This document shows positions 23,807 to 31,361 of a stretch of 32,000 nt of DNA, in pieces. The position numbers and the translations under genes are program-made. The notes below the pieces were generated by a model. The model did no database searches, was not told where the DNA came from, and worked only from the letters and a program-made list of their open reading frames with translations. Position 1 is the first letter of the stretch. Every line of letters begins with the position of its first letter. The stretch comes from Thermodesulfobacteriota bacterium (GTDB taxonomy: Bacteria; Desulfobacterota; BSN033; UBA1163): positions 23,026 through 55,025 of the forward strand of contig JAOAHX010000022.1 in the NCBI GenBank assembly GCA_026415035.1, read 5' to 3'.

Positions 23807-25258
23807 TCAATCCTTGAATCCATAGGCTTTCCAGTTGGTCAAAACCTTTTCCTGAATCGCCTTGGGGTAGATATCGGGGTTGCTGAAATTGACCTTGATC
23901 GGAACCATCCCCTTCGGCCAATCGAGGGGGAAGGTGCAGTCGAAGAGGACCTGAGCGCCCCGGCTCCACTTTCGATCGGCGGGGTCGGCGAAGGGATAGA
24001 GCGGCGTTCCGGGGGCCTGTTCATATTTTCGAATGCCCCGGATGGGATGGCATTTGGTGCAGAGATCGTGAATCACCTCGTCCTTGTTGTAGATATCGGT
24101 TTTATCATCGACCACGACGACCATGTGGAACCAAGGGCTCAATTTCGATCCGAAGACGAGATTGGCAATCTGGGTGGCGATCCCGCTGTAGGCGACCTTG
24201 GTTCCGACGACGACAAGATGGTGGGTCGATTCGGGCCACATGAAGACCCCGGTGATGGGAATGCCCTGGCTTTCGAGGAGCTTTCTCATTTCAAGGCCTA
24301 ATGAAAAAGATCGCAGCAATTGCCCCTCGTCGGTGGGGACGCCCATATTGGAGACCGTCAAGATGGGGTTGTTGCGGAAGGTGATGGCCTTGATCCGGTA
24401 AACGGTCCTCGGTTCTCTCGGGGAGGTCCGATAGCCCGTATACTCTCCGAAGGGCGCCTCCTCGATCAAGACGTTGGGAATGACGTCTCCCTCGATGATG
24501 ATCTCGGCATGGGCCGGGACGAGGAGGTCGTTCGTTTCGCACGGGACCAGCTCCACGGGAGCGCCCATCAACATGCCCGTGAACTCGTCTTCGGGGATGG
24601 GGGAAGGGGCGCAGGCGGCCACCCCAGCCAGGGGATCGCAGCCGATGACCGTAGCAAAGGGCATGGGTTTGTTTTTGGGGACGTATTTTCCATAAAACAT
24701 CTTTCCCATGTCGGAAAAGGGAAGGACCGGGCCGACCATGGTCTTTTCGTCGAAGACCGACTGTCGGTACATCCCCCAGTTGACGAATCCGTTGTCAGGA
24801 TCTTTGGAGACGACGAAATGCCATGTGGCCAGATACCTCCCTCCATCTCCTCCGTGAACCATCGGGGCCGGCAACTTGAAGAGGTCAGCATCCTTGTCCA
24901 GCCAGATGTTCTCTTTACAGGGAGCCTTTTTCTTGTCGACGACGACCGGTTTGATCGGCTCTCCGGTCGTTCGCTTCACATACTCATCGGAGATTTCAGG
25001 CACGGAGGCATCTGGTTGCATGCCCATGGCGATGGCGAGCCGTTTGTAGGTGGCCAAAGGGGCCCCGAAGGCTTCGAATCCCGGATAGTCCCGAATCTTT
25101 TTAAAGTAGGGGGCAGGTGATTTCCGTTCGCAGACCCTGCGGACGATCGCGCCCATCTCAAGGTCCCAGTCCACCTCCTGGTGGATGGTGACGAGGTCGT
25201 CATGGGTCTCCAGGGCCTTGATGAATTCCCGATTATCTTTGTAAAACGTATAAGCCAT
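23807..25258 (-). CDS. UbiD-family paralog 2 (483 aa), phenylphosphate-carboxylase alpha/beta-like
   Basis: Start MAYTFYKDNREFIKALE follows an AAGGAGGA SD. GGRYLATWHFVVSKDPDNGFVNWGMYR, ATVIGCDPL and the EAPFGEYTGY active-site loop are present. Confidence 0.85.
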   Translation of the reverse strand: MAYTFYKDNREFIKALETHDDLVTIHQEVDWDLEMGAIVRRVCERKSPAPYFKKIRDYPGFEAFGAPLATYKRLAIAMGMQPDASVPEISDEYVKRTTGEPIKPVVVDKKKAPCKENIWLDKDADLFKLPAPMVHGGDGGRYLATWHFVVSKDPDNGFVNWGMYRQSVFDEKTMVGPVLPFSDMGKMFYGKYVPKNKPMPFATVIGCDPLAGVAACAPSPIPEDEFTGMLMGAPVELVPCETNDLLVPAHAEIIIEGDVIPNVLIEEAPFGEYTGYRTSPREPRTVYRIKAITFRNNPILTVSNMGVPTDEGQLLRSFSLGLEMRKLLESQGIPITGVFMWPESTHHLVVVGTKVAYSGIATQIANLVFGSKLSPWFHMVVVVDDKTDIYNKDEVIHDLCTKCHPIRGIRKYEQAPGTPLYPFADPADRKWSRGAQVLFDCTFPLDWPKGMVPIKVNFSNPDIYPKAIQEKVLTNWKAYGFKD

Positions 25259-25281
25259 CACATCCTCCTTTCGGAATGGTT

Positions 25282-25824
25282 TTAATCCCCTTTCGAGAGT
25301 TTTTCGATCACGTCGGTCCACTTCCCCTGGGCCCTGAGGATGAATTCGGCCACCTCCCTGACCACCCCCCTTCCACCCCCTGCCAGGGTCACATAATCCG
25401 CCACCTCTTTGGCCTCGACCGAGCCGTCTGAGGGGGCGACCGAAAAACCGACCCGCTTCATGACGCCCAGGTCGATCATCTCGTCCCCGACGTAGCAGAT
25501 CTCCTCGTCCTTGAGGCCAGAGTCTTTTTCAAATTCATCGAGCTTTCCGATCTTGGCCGAGGTCCCCCATAATTTCTCCAGCGGGACCCCGTAGATCTTC
25601 CCCACCTGTTCATCCGTCCTCGTGATTTTACTGGTCAGGAAGGCCACGCCGATCCCCCCTTCCTGGAGGGCCAGGCATCCCAGACGGTCGCGAAGGGAGA
25701 AGCATTCCGACTTCTTCCCATCATCCGTATAATATAGGGTGTTATCCGTCAGGATCCCGTGAATGTCGAGGATCACAAACTTTACCTTTTTGGCTTTCTC
25801 AACGGCCTGCTCCCTGTCTTTCAT
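25282..25824 (-). CDS. KdsC-like HAD-superfamily protein 1 (180 aa), phenylphosphate-carboxylase 18-kDa-subunit-like
   Basis: Collinear with KdsC as I recall it: VILDIHGILTD, FSLRDRLG, VAFLTSK, YVGDEMIDLGVMKRVGFSVAPSD, GGGRGVVREVAEFILRAQGKW. Motif I is D-I-H-G, with the His codon CAC at 25761-25759. An ATGA overlap joins it to the ligase stop. Confidence 0.8.
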   Translation of the reverse strand: MKDREQAVEKAKKVKFVILDIHGILTDNTLYYTDDGKKSECFSLRDRLGCLALQEGGIGVAFLTSKITRTDEQVGKIYGVPLEKLWGTSAKIGKLDEFEKDSGLKDEEICYVGDEMIDLGVMKRVGFSVAPSDGSVEAKEVADYVTLAGGGRGVVREVAEFILRAQGKWTDVIEKLSKGD

Positions 25825-27494
25825 CGGAAACCTCCCCTTTCGAAATCTCCTTTCAGTTTTCTCTCGATATCCTCTTTGAGGGCCTTCTTGTCGATCTTTT
25901 CCGCTTTGGTCAAGGGCATCCGATCGACGAACTCGATCCTCTCCGGAAGCTGGAGGACCGAGGCCTTCTTCTCTTTGAGGTGGGCGATGATCTTTTCAAA
26001 GCTTAAATCCGCCCCCGGCCTGGGTTGAATGTATGCGCAGACCCGTTCTCCGAGGTCCGGGTCGGGCATGGGCACGACCGCAACCAGGGCGACATCGGGA
26101 TGGGTGCTGATCAGGGATTCGATCTCCGTGGCGCTGATGCTTTCGCCTCCTCGATTGATCATCTCTTTGACCCGGCCGGTGAGCCTGACCACGCCCCTTT
26201 CATCGATGATGGCCAGATCCCCGGTCCGGAAAAACCCATCTTCGGTGAAAACCTTCGCATTCTCCTCGGGCGCTTTGTAGTAACCGGTGAAGACTCCCGG
26301 CCCTTTGATGACCAATTCTCCCGGCGTGTTGGGAGGGAGCTCTCTGCCGTCCGGGCCCACCACCTTGTAAAGGTCGTAAGGACAGGTGGGTTTCCCCACG
26401 GTATGGAGGATCGTCTCGAGAGGATCCCCGGTTCGGGTCAGGGTGGTCTGGCCCTCTGTGCCTCCATACCCATTGTAGAAGTGACAGCGGAGATCTTCCC
26501 TCACCCCCTTCACCAGCTCAGGAAGGCTCAGGCTCCCGCCACAATGCATTGCCCTCAGGGAACGGAGATCATAGTTTTTCCGGCCTTCGTAGTCGAGTAG
26601 CCTTTTTGCAAGCGTCGGCGTCCAGACGATCGTGGTCACCCTCTCTCTCTGGATCGTCTCGCAGACCTCCTTCATCTCCGTCGTATCGAGAAAGACGTTC
26701 TTGCCAAAGGCAAAAAGGGTGCTTCCGAGCCCTTTGGTGAAGGTGAGGTCATGGCCGATCGGTCCGGCGAGGAGGCAGGTGTCTCTGTGACTCACTTCCC
26801 AGGCATAGGCGGCAAATTCCATGGTGCAAATGAGGCTGTTGTGGGTTCGGGGGACCAGTTTGGGAAGACCCGTCGTCCCACCCGTGGGACCCATGTGGGC
26901 GACCTCCATGGGATCCGGTCTTCTCAAGGCAAGCCGGGTGAGGTTGGCTTCGTTGAGCTCCACCCCTGCCATCAATTTCTCCATGCTTTTATAGAGTCCC
27001 AGACCCTCGCTCCGGACAAGGATGACGTTTCTCAAAAAAGGGGTCTCCTTGACCACATCCTCGACGATGGGAAGGTAATCGGTCTTCTTATATTTTTCCG
27101 GCACGATCCACAAGGTGGCCTCCGAGAGTTTGGCCAGGTACTGGATCTCGTGCTGTCGATAGCGGTCGATGAGCAACACCGGGATGGCACCGACCTTTTG
27201 GGTTGCAAAGTAGGCGAAGACGAACTCCACCCAGTTTGGGAGTTGAATCAGGACGCGGTCTCTCGGGGCGACCCCAAGGTCCAAAAGGCTCACCGCGAGG
27301 CGGTCGGTTTTCTCCCTCGCCTCTTTGAAGGTGAGCCGGTGCTGTCCGTCCACAAAGGCCTCTTTGTCCGGAAAGACATCCGCCGCCTTGTCCAGGAGAT
27401 CCCCCAAGGTCATACCGGACCACCAGCGAAGGCGAATATATTTCTCAGCATCTTCTTGGGGATAAGGGGTGAAGCCTTCGAGATAGCCTGTCAT
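25821..27494 (-). CDS. aryl-acid adenylating enzyme / CoA ligase of the EntE-DhbE (2,3-dihydroxybenzoate-AMP ligase) type
   Basis: The N-terminus GFTPYPQEDAEKYIRLRWWSGMTLGDLL resembles DhbE/EntE. The ANL motifs are TGGTTGLPKLVPRTH, GYGGTEG, FRTGDL and GRVKEMINRGGESI. Confidence 0.85.
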   Translation of the reverse strand: MTGYLEGFTPYPQEDAEKYIRLRWWSGMTLGDLLDKAADVFPDKEAFVDGQHRLTFKEAREKTDRLAVSLLDLGVAPRDRVLIQLPNWVEFVFAYFATQKVGAIPVLLIDRYRQHEIQYLAKLSEATLWIVPEKYKKTDYLPIVEDVVKETPFLRNVILVRSEGLGLYKSMEKLMAGVELNEANLTRLALRRPDPMEVAHMGPTGGTTGLPKLVPRTHNSLICTMEFAAYAWEVSHRDTCLLAGPIGHDLTFTKGLGSTLFAFGKNVFLDTTEMKEVCETIQRERVTTIVWTPTLAKRLLDYEGRKNYDLRSLRAMHCGGSLSLPELVKGVREDLRCHFYNGYGGTEGQTTLTRTGDPLETILHTVGKPTCPYDLYKVVGPDGRELPPNTPGELVIKGPGVFTGYYKAPEENAKVFTEDGFFRTGDLAIIDERGVVRLTGRVKEMINRGGESISATEIESLISTHPDVALVAVVPMPDPDLGERVCAYIQPRPGADLSFEKIIAHLKEKKASVLQLPERIEFVDRMPLTKAEKIDKKALKEDIERKLKGDFERGGFR

Positions 27495-27524
27495 CTCATC
27501 CTCCTCTCCAAGGCTTGGGGAAGG

Positions 27525-28082
27525 TCATTTGTATCCCATGCGGGTCACCTTTTCGACCCACTCTTCCCATTTTCCCATCGAACGGAGGATGAATTCACAG
27601 GTCTCCCGGATTGGCCCTCGACCTCCGGGTGCGGTGGTGATGTAGTCGGCGACCTCCTTCACTTCATCGATGGCATCGGCTGTGGCCACAGCGAATCCGA
27701 CCCTTTTCAGGAGGGGGAGGTCCGTGATTTCGCAACCGATGTAACCCACCTCTTGGTCGCTGAGGTTCAGCTCACGTTTTAACTCCTCCAGTTTTGCCAC
27801 TTTATCTTTCACCCGGAAGTAGAATTTATCGAGTTTTAATTCCCTGGCGCGGAAGAGCCCCTCCTCATCGATGGAGGTCGTATCCAAAAACGCGATCTGG
27901 ATTCCATTGGCCGTCAGGGAGAGATCGCCAAACCCGTCCATGTGCCAGAAGGCATACTTCCGTCGGCCTTCGATATCGCAGAAGAAGGTGTTCGGGGTGA
28001 GGACGCCGTGGACATCGTGGGCGAACAATTTGATCCTCTTGGCCTTCTCTCTCGCCTTTGCGAGGTCTTTTTCGAATCCCAT
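27525..28082 (-). CDS. KdsC-like HAD-superfamily protein 2 (185 aa), degenerate paralog
   Basis: Motif I is LFAHDVHGVLT (D-V-H-G), with the His codon CAC at 28010-28008. Motif IV reads YIGCEITDL where KdsC has GDDxxD. GGRGPIRETCEFILRSMGKW is also present. Confidence 0.75.
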   Translation of the reverse strand: MGFEKDLAKAREKAKRIKLFAHDVHGVLTPNTFFCDIEGRRKYAFWHMDGFGDLSLTANGIQIAFLDTTSIDEEGLFRARELKLDKFYFRVKDKVAKLEELKRELNLSDQEVGYIGCEITDLPLLKRVGFAVATADAIDEVKEVADYITTAPGGRGPIRETCEFILRSMGKWEEWVEKVTRMGYK

Positions 28083-28119
28083 GCCTTTCTCCTTTCCCTC
28101 AAGCCTTTCGGGGACCGGC

Positions 28120-28611
28120 TCAGCCCAGCTTTTTCCCCAGTTGGTAGTAGCGATTTTCGAACCAGATCAAGGGTTTCAACTTGGGTCGGATCTTGTGGGC
28201 GACGACCTTCCCGACGTAGAGGATATAGTCGCCCTCCTTCACCGAATTCACCAGTTTACATTCGAGATTGGCGAAACAATCGGTGATCATGCTTCCTTTG
28301 ATCGTAGAGGCAGGCTCGGTGTTGATCTTAAATGTCTTCAATTTGTCGATGGATTCTCCGTGGATCGCCCCTAACTTCTCGGCCAGGTCGACCTGATGGG
28401 TGGAGGCGAGGTTCACGACGAATTCCTTGGCCTTGGGGATGAGGCGATGGGTGGTGCTCTCCTTGGAGATGCTGATGGCGATCAGGGGAGGGGAATCCGA
28501 GACAAACATCCCCGAAGCCGTCATGAGATTATGTTTCCCCCCTGCTTCGACGCTCACAAAGGTGACGATGCAGGGAAGTTCTCCAAAAATTACATCTCTA
28601 TAATGCCACAT
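28120..28611 (-). CDS. flavin reductase-like FMN-binding split-barrel protein (163 aa)
   Basis: The SD is AAAGGAGGAAG. NLMTASGMFVSDSPPLIAISI, EFVVNL, ANLECKLV and GDYILYVGKVV follow the PF01613-type pattern. Confidence 0.7.
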   Translation of the reverse strand: MWHYRDVIFGELPCIVTFVSVEAGGKHNLMTASGMFVSDSPPLIAISISKESTTHRLIPKAKEFVVNLASTHQVDLAEKLGAIHGESIDKLKTFKINTEPASTIKGSMITDCFANLECKLVNSVKEGDYILYVGKVVAHKIRPKLKPLIWFENRYYQLGKKLG

Positions 28612-28647
28612 CTTGCCCTTCCTCCTTTCTCTGCGTTCAGAACCGAT

Positions 28648-30066
28648 TCAATCCTCAAACCCGTACTCCTTCCATCGGGACTTCACCTTGGCCAGCATCG
28701 CTTCCGAAAGCTTGATTTCCGTCGGCTTGACCGTCCACTCAAAGGGGATGGTGGCGTCGAGGATGATCCGGGAGGTGATAAATTTATTGTCCTCCGGCCC
28801 GAGGGAAGGATCGAGGGGGGTCGATCGTCCGCGGTGGATGATCTGGGTGCCCCGCTGAGGGTTATAACGCGTCCCGAGGGCCCACCATACCCGGGGGAGG
28901 TCGTCGGCCTCGATGTCGTGATCGACGATGATCACCATTTTCACCCCGTACATTCCTGTGTTGCTCGCGATCACCGCAGCTGCCACCTGATCGGCATGAC
29001 CTGGATACATCTGCTCCACGGAGACGACCACGATAAATCGGCCGGAGGCCTCGGGCAGGGTGTAGACCGATTTGATTCCAGGGATCTCCATCTTGGCCAG
29101 TTCGGTCCAGAGGCTGGCGTTCCTCGTGAAGGCATAGAGGATATGCTGGTCTCCGACGGGCCTGCCCACGCTCGTTTCCCAGAGGATGGGGTTGTTTCGA
29201 TGATAGATCCGTTTTACGTCGAGAGCGGGCTTCGGGATGGGTTTGATCAATTCCTCCGTGTAATAACCGGTATATTCTCCGAAGGGGCCTTCGTTTCGGA
29301 GGTTTTTCGGATCGATCTCCCCTTCGAGAACGATCTCCGCGGCCGCAGGGATGGGGAGCCCCGTCAGGGGGGCCTTGACGATCTCGACGGGTTCCCCTCG
29401 TAAAGAGCTCACCACGTCGTAACCACTCTTCGCCTTCACCGTGGTGGCCGCACCGGCCAGGACGTGGAGGGGGTCTCCCCCGATGATGGCACAAGCGGGC
29501 ATCTTTTTGCCCGCCTTGGCATACTTTTTCAAGATGCGGTCCCCTTTTTTCCCCTTCAGGATCTGGACGCCCACCGTCTTATCATCGAGGATCCCCATCC
29601 GGTAGGTTCCGAGATTGATATCGCCGGACTCGGGGTCCTGCAACACCATGAAGACCGCGGTCCCGAAATACCGACCCCCATCGAGCTCATAGAATCTGGG
29701 GGAGGGGAAAGCAAAGGTATCCACCTTGTCTCCCTCGAGGACGTTTTCGAAGATGGGCCCATCTTTCTGCTCCTTGGCCTTAATCACTTCCTTGACGGCC
29801 ACATTGACCCATTCCTTGGTGAGCTGGACCATGGAAAGGGAGGGGTCCTTTCCCAGGATGATGGCGAGCCTTTTGGTCGTTCCGAAAGCGCCGGTCAGAA
29901 CGGGGCTGGTATATCCCTTGACGTTTTCAAAAAGCAGGGCCGGTCCGCTTTTCTCTTCCACGAGCTTGGCGATATGGGAGATCTCGAGGTCCCAATCCAC
30001 CTCGGCCTTGATCCGTTTTAATTCCCCGACCGCTTCACATTTAGCGATAAATTCCCTGAGGTCCAT
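28648..30066 (-). CDS. UbiD-family paralog 3 (472 aa), phenylphosphate-carboxylase alpha/beta-like; first gene of the operon
   Basis: ATG at 30066 lies 6 nt after GGAAGGAGG; the ORF-track GTG at 30072 abuts the SD. GPALLFENVKGY, DGGRYFGT, NLGTYRM, AIIGGDPL and the EGPFGEYTGYY active-site loop are present. Confidence 0.88.
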   Translation of the reverse strand: MDLREFIAKCEAVGELKRIKAEVDWDLEISHIAKLVEEKSGPALLFENVKGYTSPVLTGAFGTTKRLAIILGKDPSLSMVQLTKEWVNVAVKEVIKAKEQKDGPIFENVLEGDKVDTFAFPSPRFYELDGGRYFGTAVFMVLQDPESGDINLGTYRMGILDDKTVGVQILKGKKGDRILKKYAKAGKKMPACAIIGGDPLHVLAGAATTVKAKSGYDVVSSLRGEPVEIVKAPLTGLPIPAAAEIVLEGEIDPKNLRNEGPFGEYTGYYTEELIKPIPKPALDVKRIYHRNNPILWETSVGRPVGDQHILYAFTRNASLWTELAKMEIPGIKSVYTLPEASGRFIVVVSVEQMYPGHADQVAAAVIASNTGMYGVKMVIIVDHDIEADDLPRVWWALGTRYNPQRGTQIIHRGRSTPLDPSLGPEDNKFITSRIILDATIPFEWTVKPTEIKLSEAMLAKVKSRWKEYGFED

Positions 30067-30113
30067 CTTCACCCTCCTTCCCCAATCGTGGGTTAAAAGT
30101 CGATTTGGCCTTC

Positions 30114-30143
30114 ATTATCTTTTGAACAGGAGGGGCTTGTCAA
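30114..30143 (-). promoter_or_regulatory. candidate promoter of the UbiD operon: TTGACA-N18-GATAAT
   Basis: On the minus strand, TTGACA is at 30143-30138 and GATAAT at 30119-30114. That leaves about 40 nt of leader before the ATG at 30066. Confidence 0.5.
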
Positions 30144-30166
30144 TTCATTTATTTTTATGTTTTAAT
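30137..30166 (+). promoter_or_regulatory. candidate lysR promoter TTGTCA-N18-TTTAAT, back to back with the operon promoter
   Basis: The -35 at 30137-30142 overlaps the opposite-strand -35. The -10 ends 11 nt before the ATG at 30178 and no SD is visible, so the mRNA may have a very short leader or none. Confidence 0.4.
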
Positions 30167-30179
30167 AACTTCTGGTTAT
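30165..30179. promoter_or_regulatory. LysR-type T-N11-A dyad ATAAC-N5-GTTAT
   Basis: A perfect 5-bp inverted repeat at 30165-30179 overlaps the lysR start codon. It lies roughly 65 nt upstream of the TSS inferred for the divergent operon. Confidence 0.45.
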
Positions 30180-31119
30180 GGGCAAGCAGATCCCCCTTTA
30201 TGATTCGATCCAATCCCTTTTCGTTTTCCACGAGGTGGCGAAGCAGAAGAGTTTTTCGAAGGCCGCCGAGGAACTCTACGTCACCCAGCCCGCGGTGACC
30301 AAACACATCAAAGGGCTCGAGCAGAAGATCGGGATGCGCTTGATCGAAAGGGGAAAGGCCGGTTTCGGCCTGACGGAAGCGGGAAAGATCCTTTTCAAAT
30401 CGACCCAGAGGATCGCAGGACACCTTCAGGAGGTCGAGCATCTTCTTGGAAAACTCCGGAAGGAGCACCATGGTTTTCTGAGAATTGGAACGACGGAATC
30501 CTATTCCCGATGCCTGATGCCCGAACTTCTCTCGGAATTTCAGACGCGCTTTCCTTCGATCAAGATCGCCCTCGATGTCGGGAGCTCGGAGGAGATAGAG
30601 AAGAGCCTGCTGGCCTACCAGAACGATGTGGCCTTGATCGCCGTGACCAAAATTTCCCCCAAGTTCGAATGCGTTCCGTTTCTTAAGGAAGAACTCGTCC
30701 TGATCGTCTCCCCCCAGCATCCCCTGGCCAGCCACCGGAGCGTCTCCCTCAGGGCCGTGGAGGGATACCCTTTTATCATCCGGGCCAGAGGATCGACGAC
30801 GAGAAAAATCGTGACGGAGGCCTTCAAAGAGCTGGGAGTTCACCCCTCCCTTTTCATCGAAGCCGGCAGCTCAGAATTCATCAAACAGTGGGTCTCCGAA
30901 GGAAGAGGGATTTCGGTCATCGTCGATCGGATCGCTGAGGAGGAGGCGAAAAGGGGACAGGTGGTCCGGATCCCCCTGGAAGAAAGATTCCAGTTACAGG
31001 TCTCTTTGCTCTATCTGAAGGCGGAGAGAGGCAACCCGGCCATCCAACATTTCAGCCGCTTCATCGAGGAGAAGAGGGAGGGGGGAGGCAAGGTACGGAA
31101 TTTACAAATTAAAACTTGA
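30178..31119 (+). CDS. LysR-family transcriptional regulator
   Basis: The N-terminal wHTH reads FHEVAKQKSFSKAAEELYVTQPAVTKHIKGLEQKIGMRLIER. A LysR substrate-binding-type C-terminus follows. It is divergent from the UbiD operon. Confidence 0.9.
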   Translation: MGKQIPLYDSIQSLFVFHEVAKQKSFSKAAEELYVTQPAVTKHIKGLEQKIGMRLIERGKAGFGLTEAGKILFKSTQRIAGHLQEVEHLLGKLRKEHHGFLRIGTTESYSRCLMPELLSEFQTRFPSIKIALDVGSSEEIEKSLLAYQNDVALIAVTKISPKFECVPFLKEELVLIVSPQHPLASHRSVSLRAVEGYPFIIRARGSTTRKIVTEAFKELGVHPSLFIEAGSSEFIKQWVSEGRGISVIVDRIAEEEAKRGQVVRIPLEERFQLQVSLLYLKAERGNPAIQHFSRFIEEKREGGGKVRNLQIKT

Positions 31120-31145
31120 CAAAAAAATAATACTTGGTTAAAAAT
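31116..31145 (+). promoter_or_regulatory. possible promoter for the tRNA/tuf cluster in an AT-rich spacer
   Basis: TTGACA at 31116-31121 overlaps the lysR stop. TAAAAAT follows after 17-18 nt, an imperfect -10 about 110 nt upstream of tRNA-Tyr. Confidence 0.35.
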
Positions 31146-31253
31146 AATAAGTTAAAAATCTTTTTGCTCTGGGATCTTCTAATATAACTCATTGATTTTC
31201 CAATCTTTTTGTTTGCACGGAGGATTTTGCTCAAAAGCAATTCAAAAGATCTT

Positions 31254-31338
31254 GGAGAGGTTCCCGAGCGGCCAAAGGGGACAGACTGTAAATCTGTTGG
31301 CAATGCCTTCGGAGGTTCGAATCCTCCCCTCTCCACCA
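31254..31338 (+). tRNA. tRNA-Tyr (anticodon GTA), class II long variable arm, CCA encoded
   Basis: GGAGAGG...CCTCTCC acceptor stem. The anticodon loop is CTGTAAA. The T-arm is GGAGGTTCGAATCCTCC and the 3' end is ACCA. Confidence 0.92.
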
Positions 31339-31339
31339 G

Positions 31340-31361
31340 TTCGATATTAATTCGATATTAA
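31340..31361 (+). repeat. perfect tandem duplication of an 11-mer (TTCGATATTAA x2) just 3' of tRNA-Tyr
   Basis: Unit 1 is 31340-31350 and unit 2 is 31351-31361, starting 1 nt after the CCA end. Confidence 0.9.

Noticed and set aside
25282-28082. Annotating the two HAD proteins simply as KdsC (KDO-8-phosphate phosphatase)
   Set aside because: No kdsA, kdsB, kdsD or lpt genes are nearby. Both genes are translationally embedded in the UbiD operon, and both lack the Asp+2 of motif I.
21157-30066. Interpreting the UbiD/UbiX genes as ubiquinone or menaquinone biosynthesis (ubiD/ubiX housekeeping pair)
   Set aside because: Three paralogs occur together with HAD-type subunits, an aryl-acid ligase and a LysR regulator in one operon. 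No other ubi or men genes are present. This points to a catabolic aromatic (de)carboxylase rather than quinone biosynthesis.
31340-31361. The tandem 11-mer after tRNA-Tyr read as an att site of an integrated element
   Set aside because: No integrase, excisionase or other mobile-element genes occur in the window. The repeat is short and does not duplicate the tRNA 3' end beyond about 6 nt.
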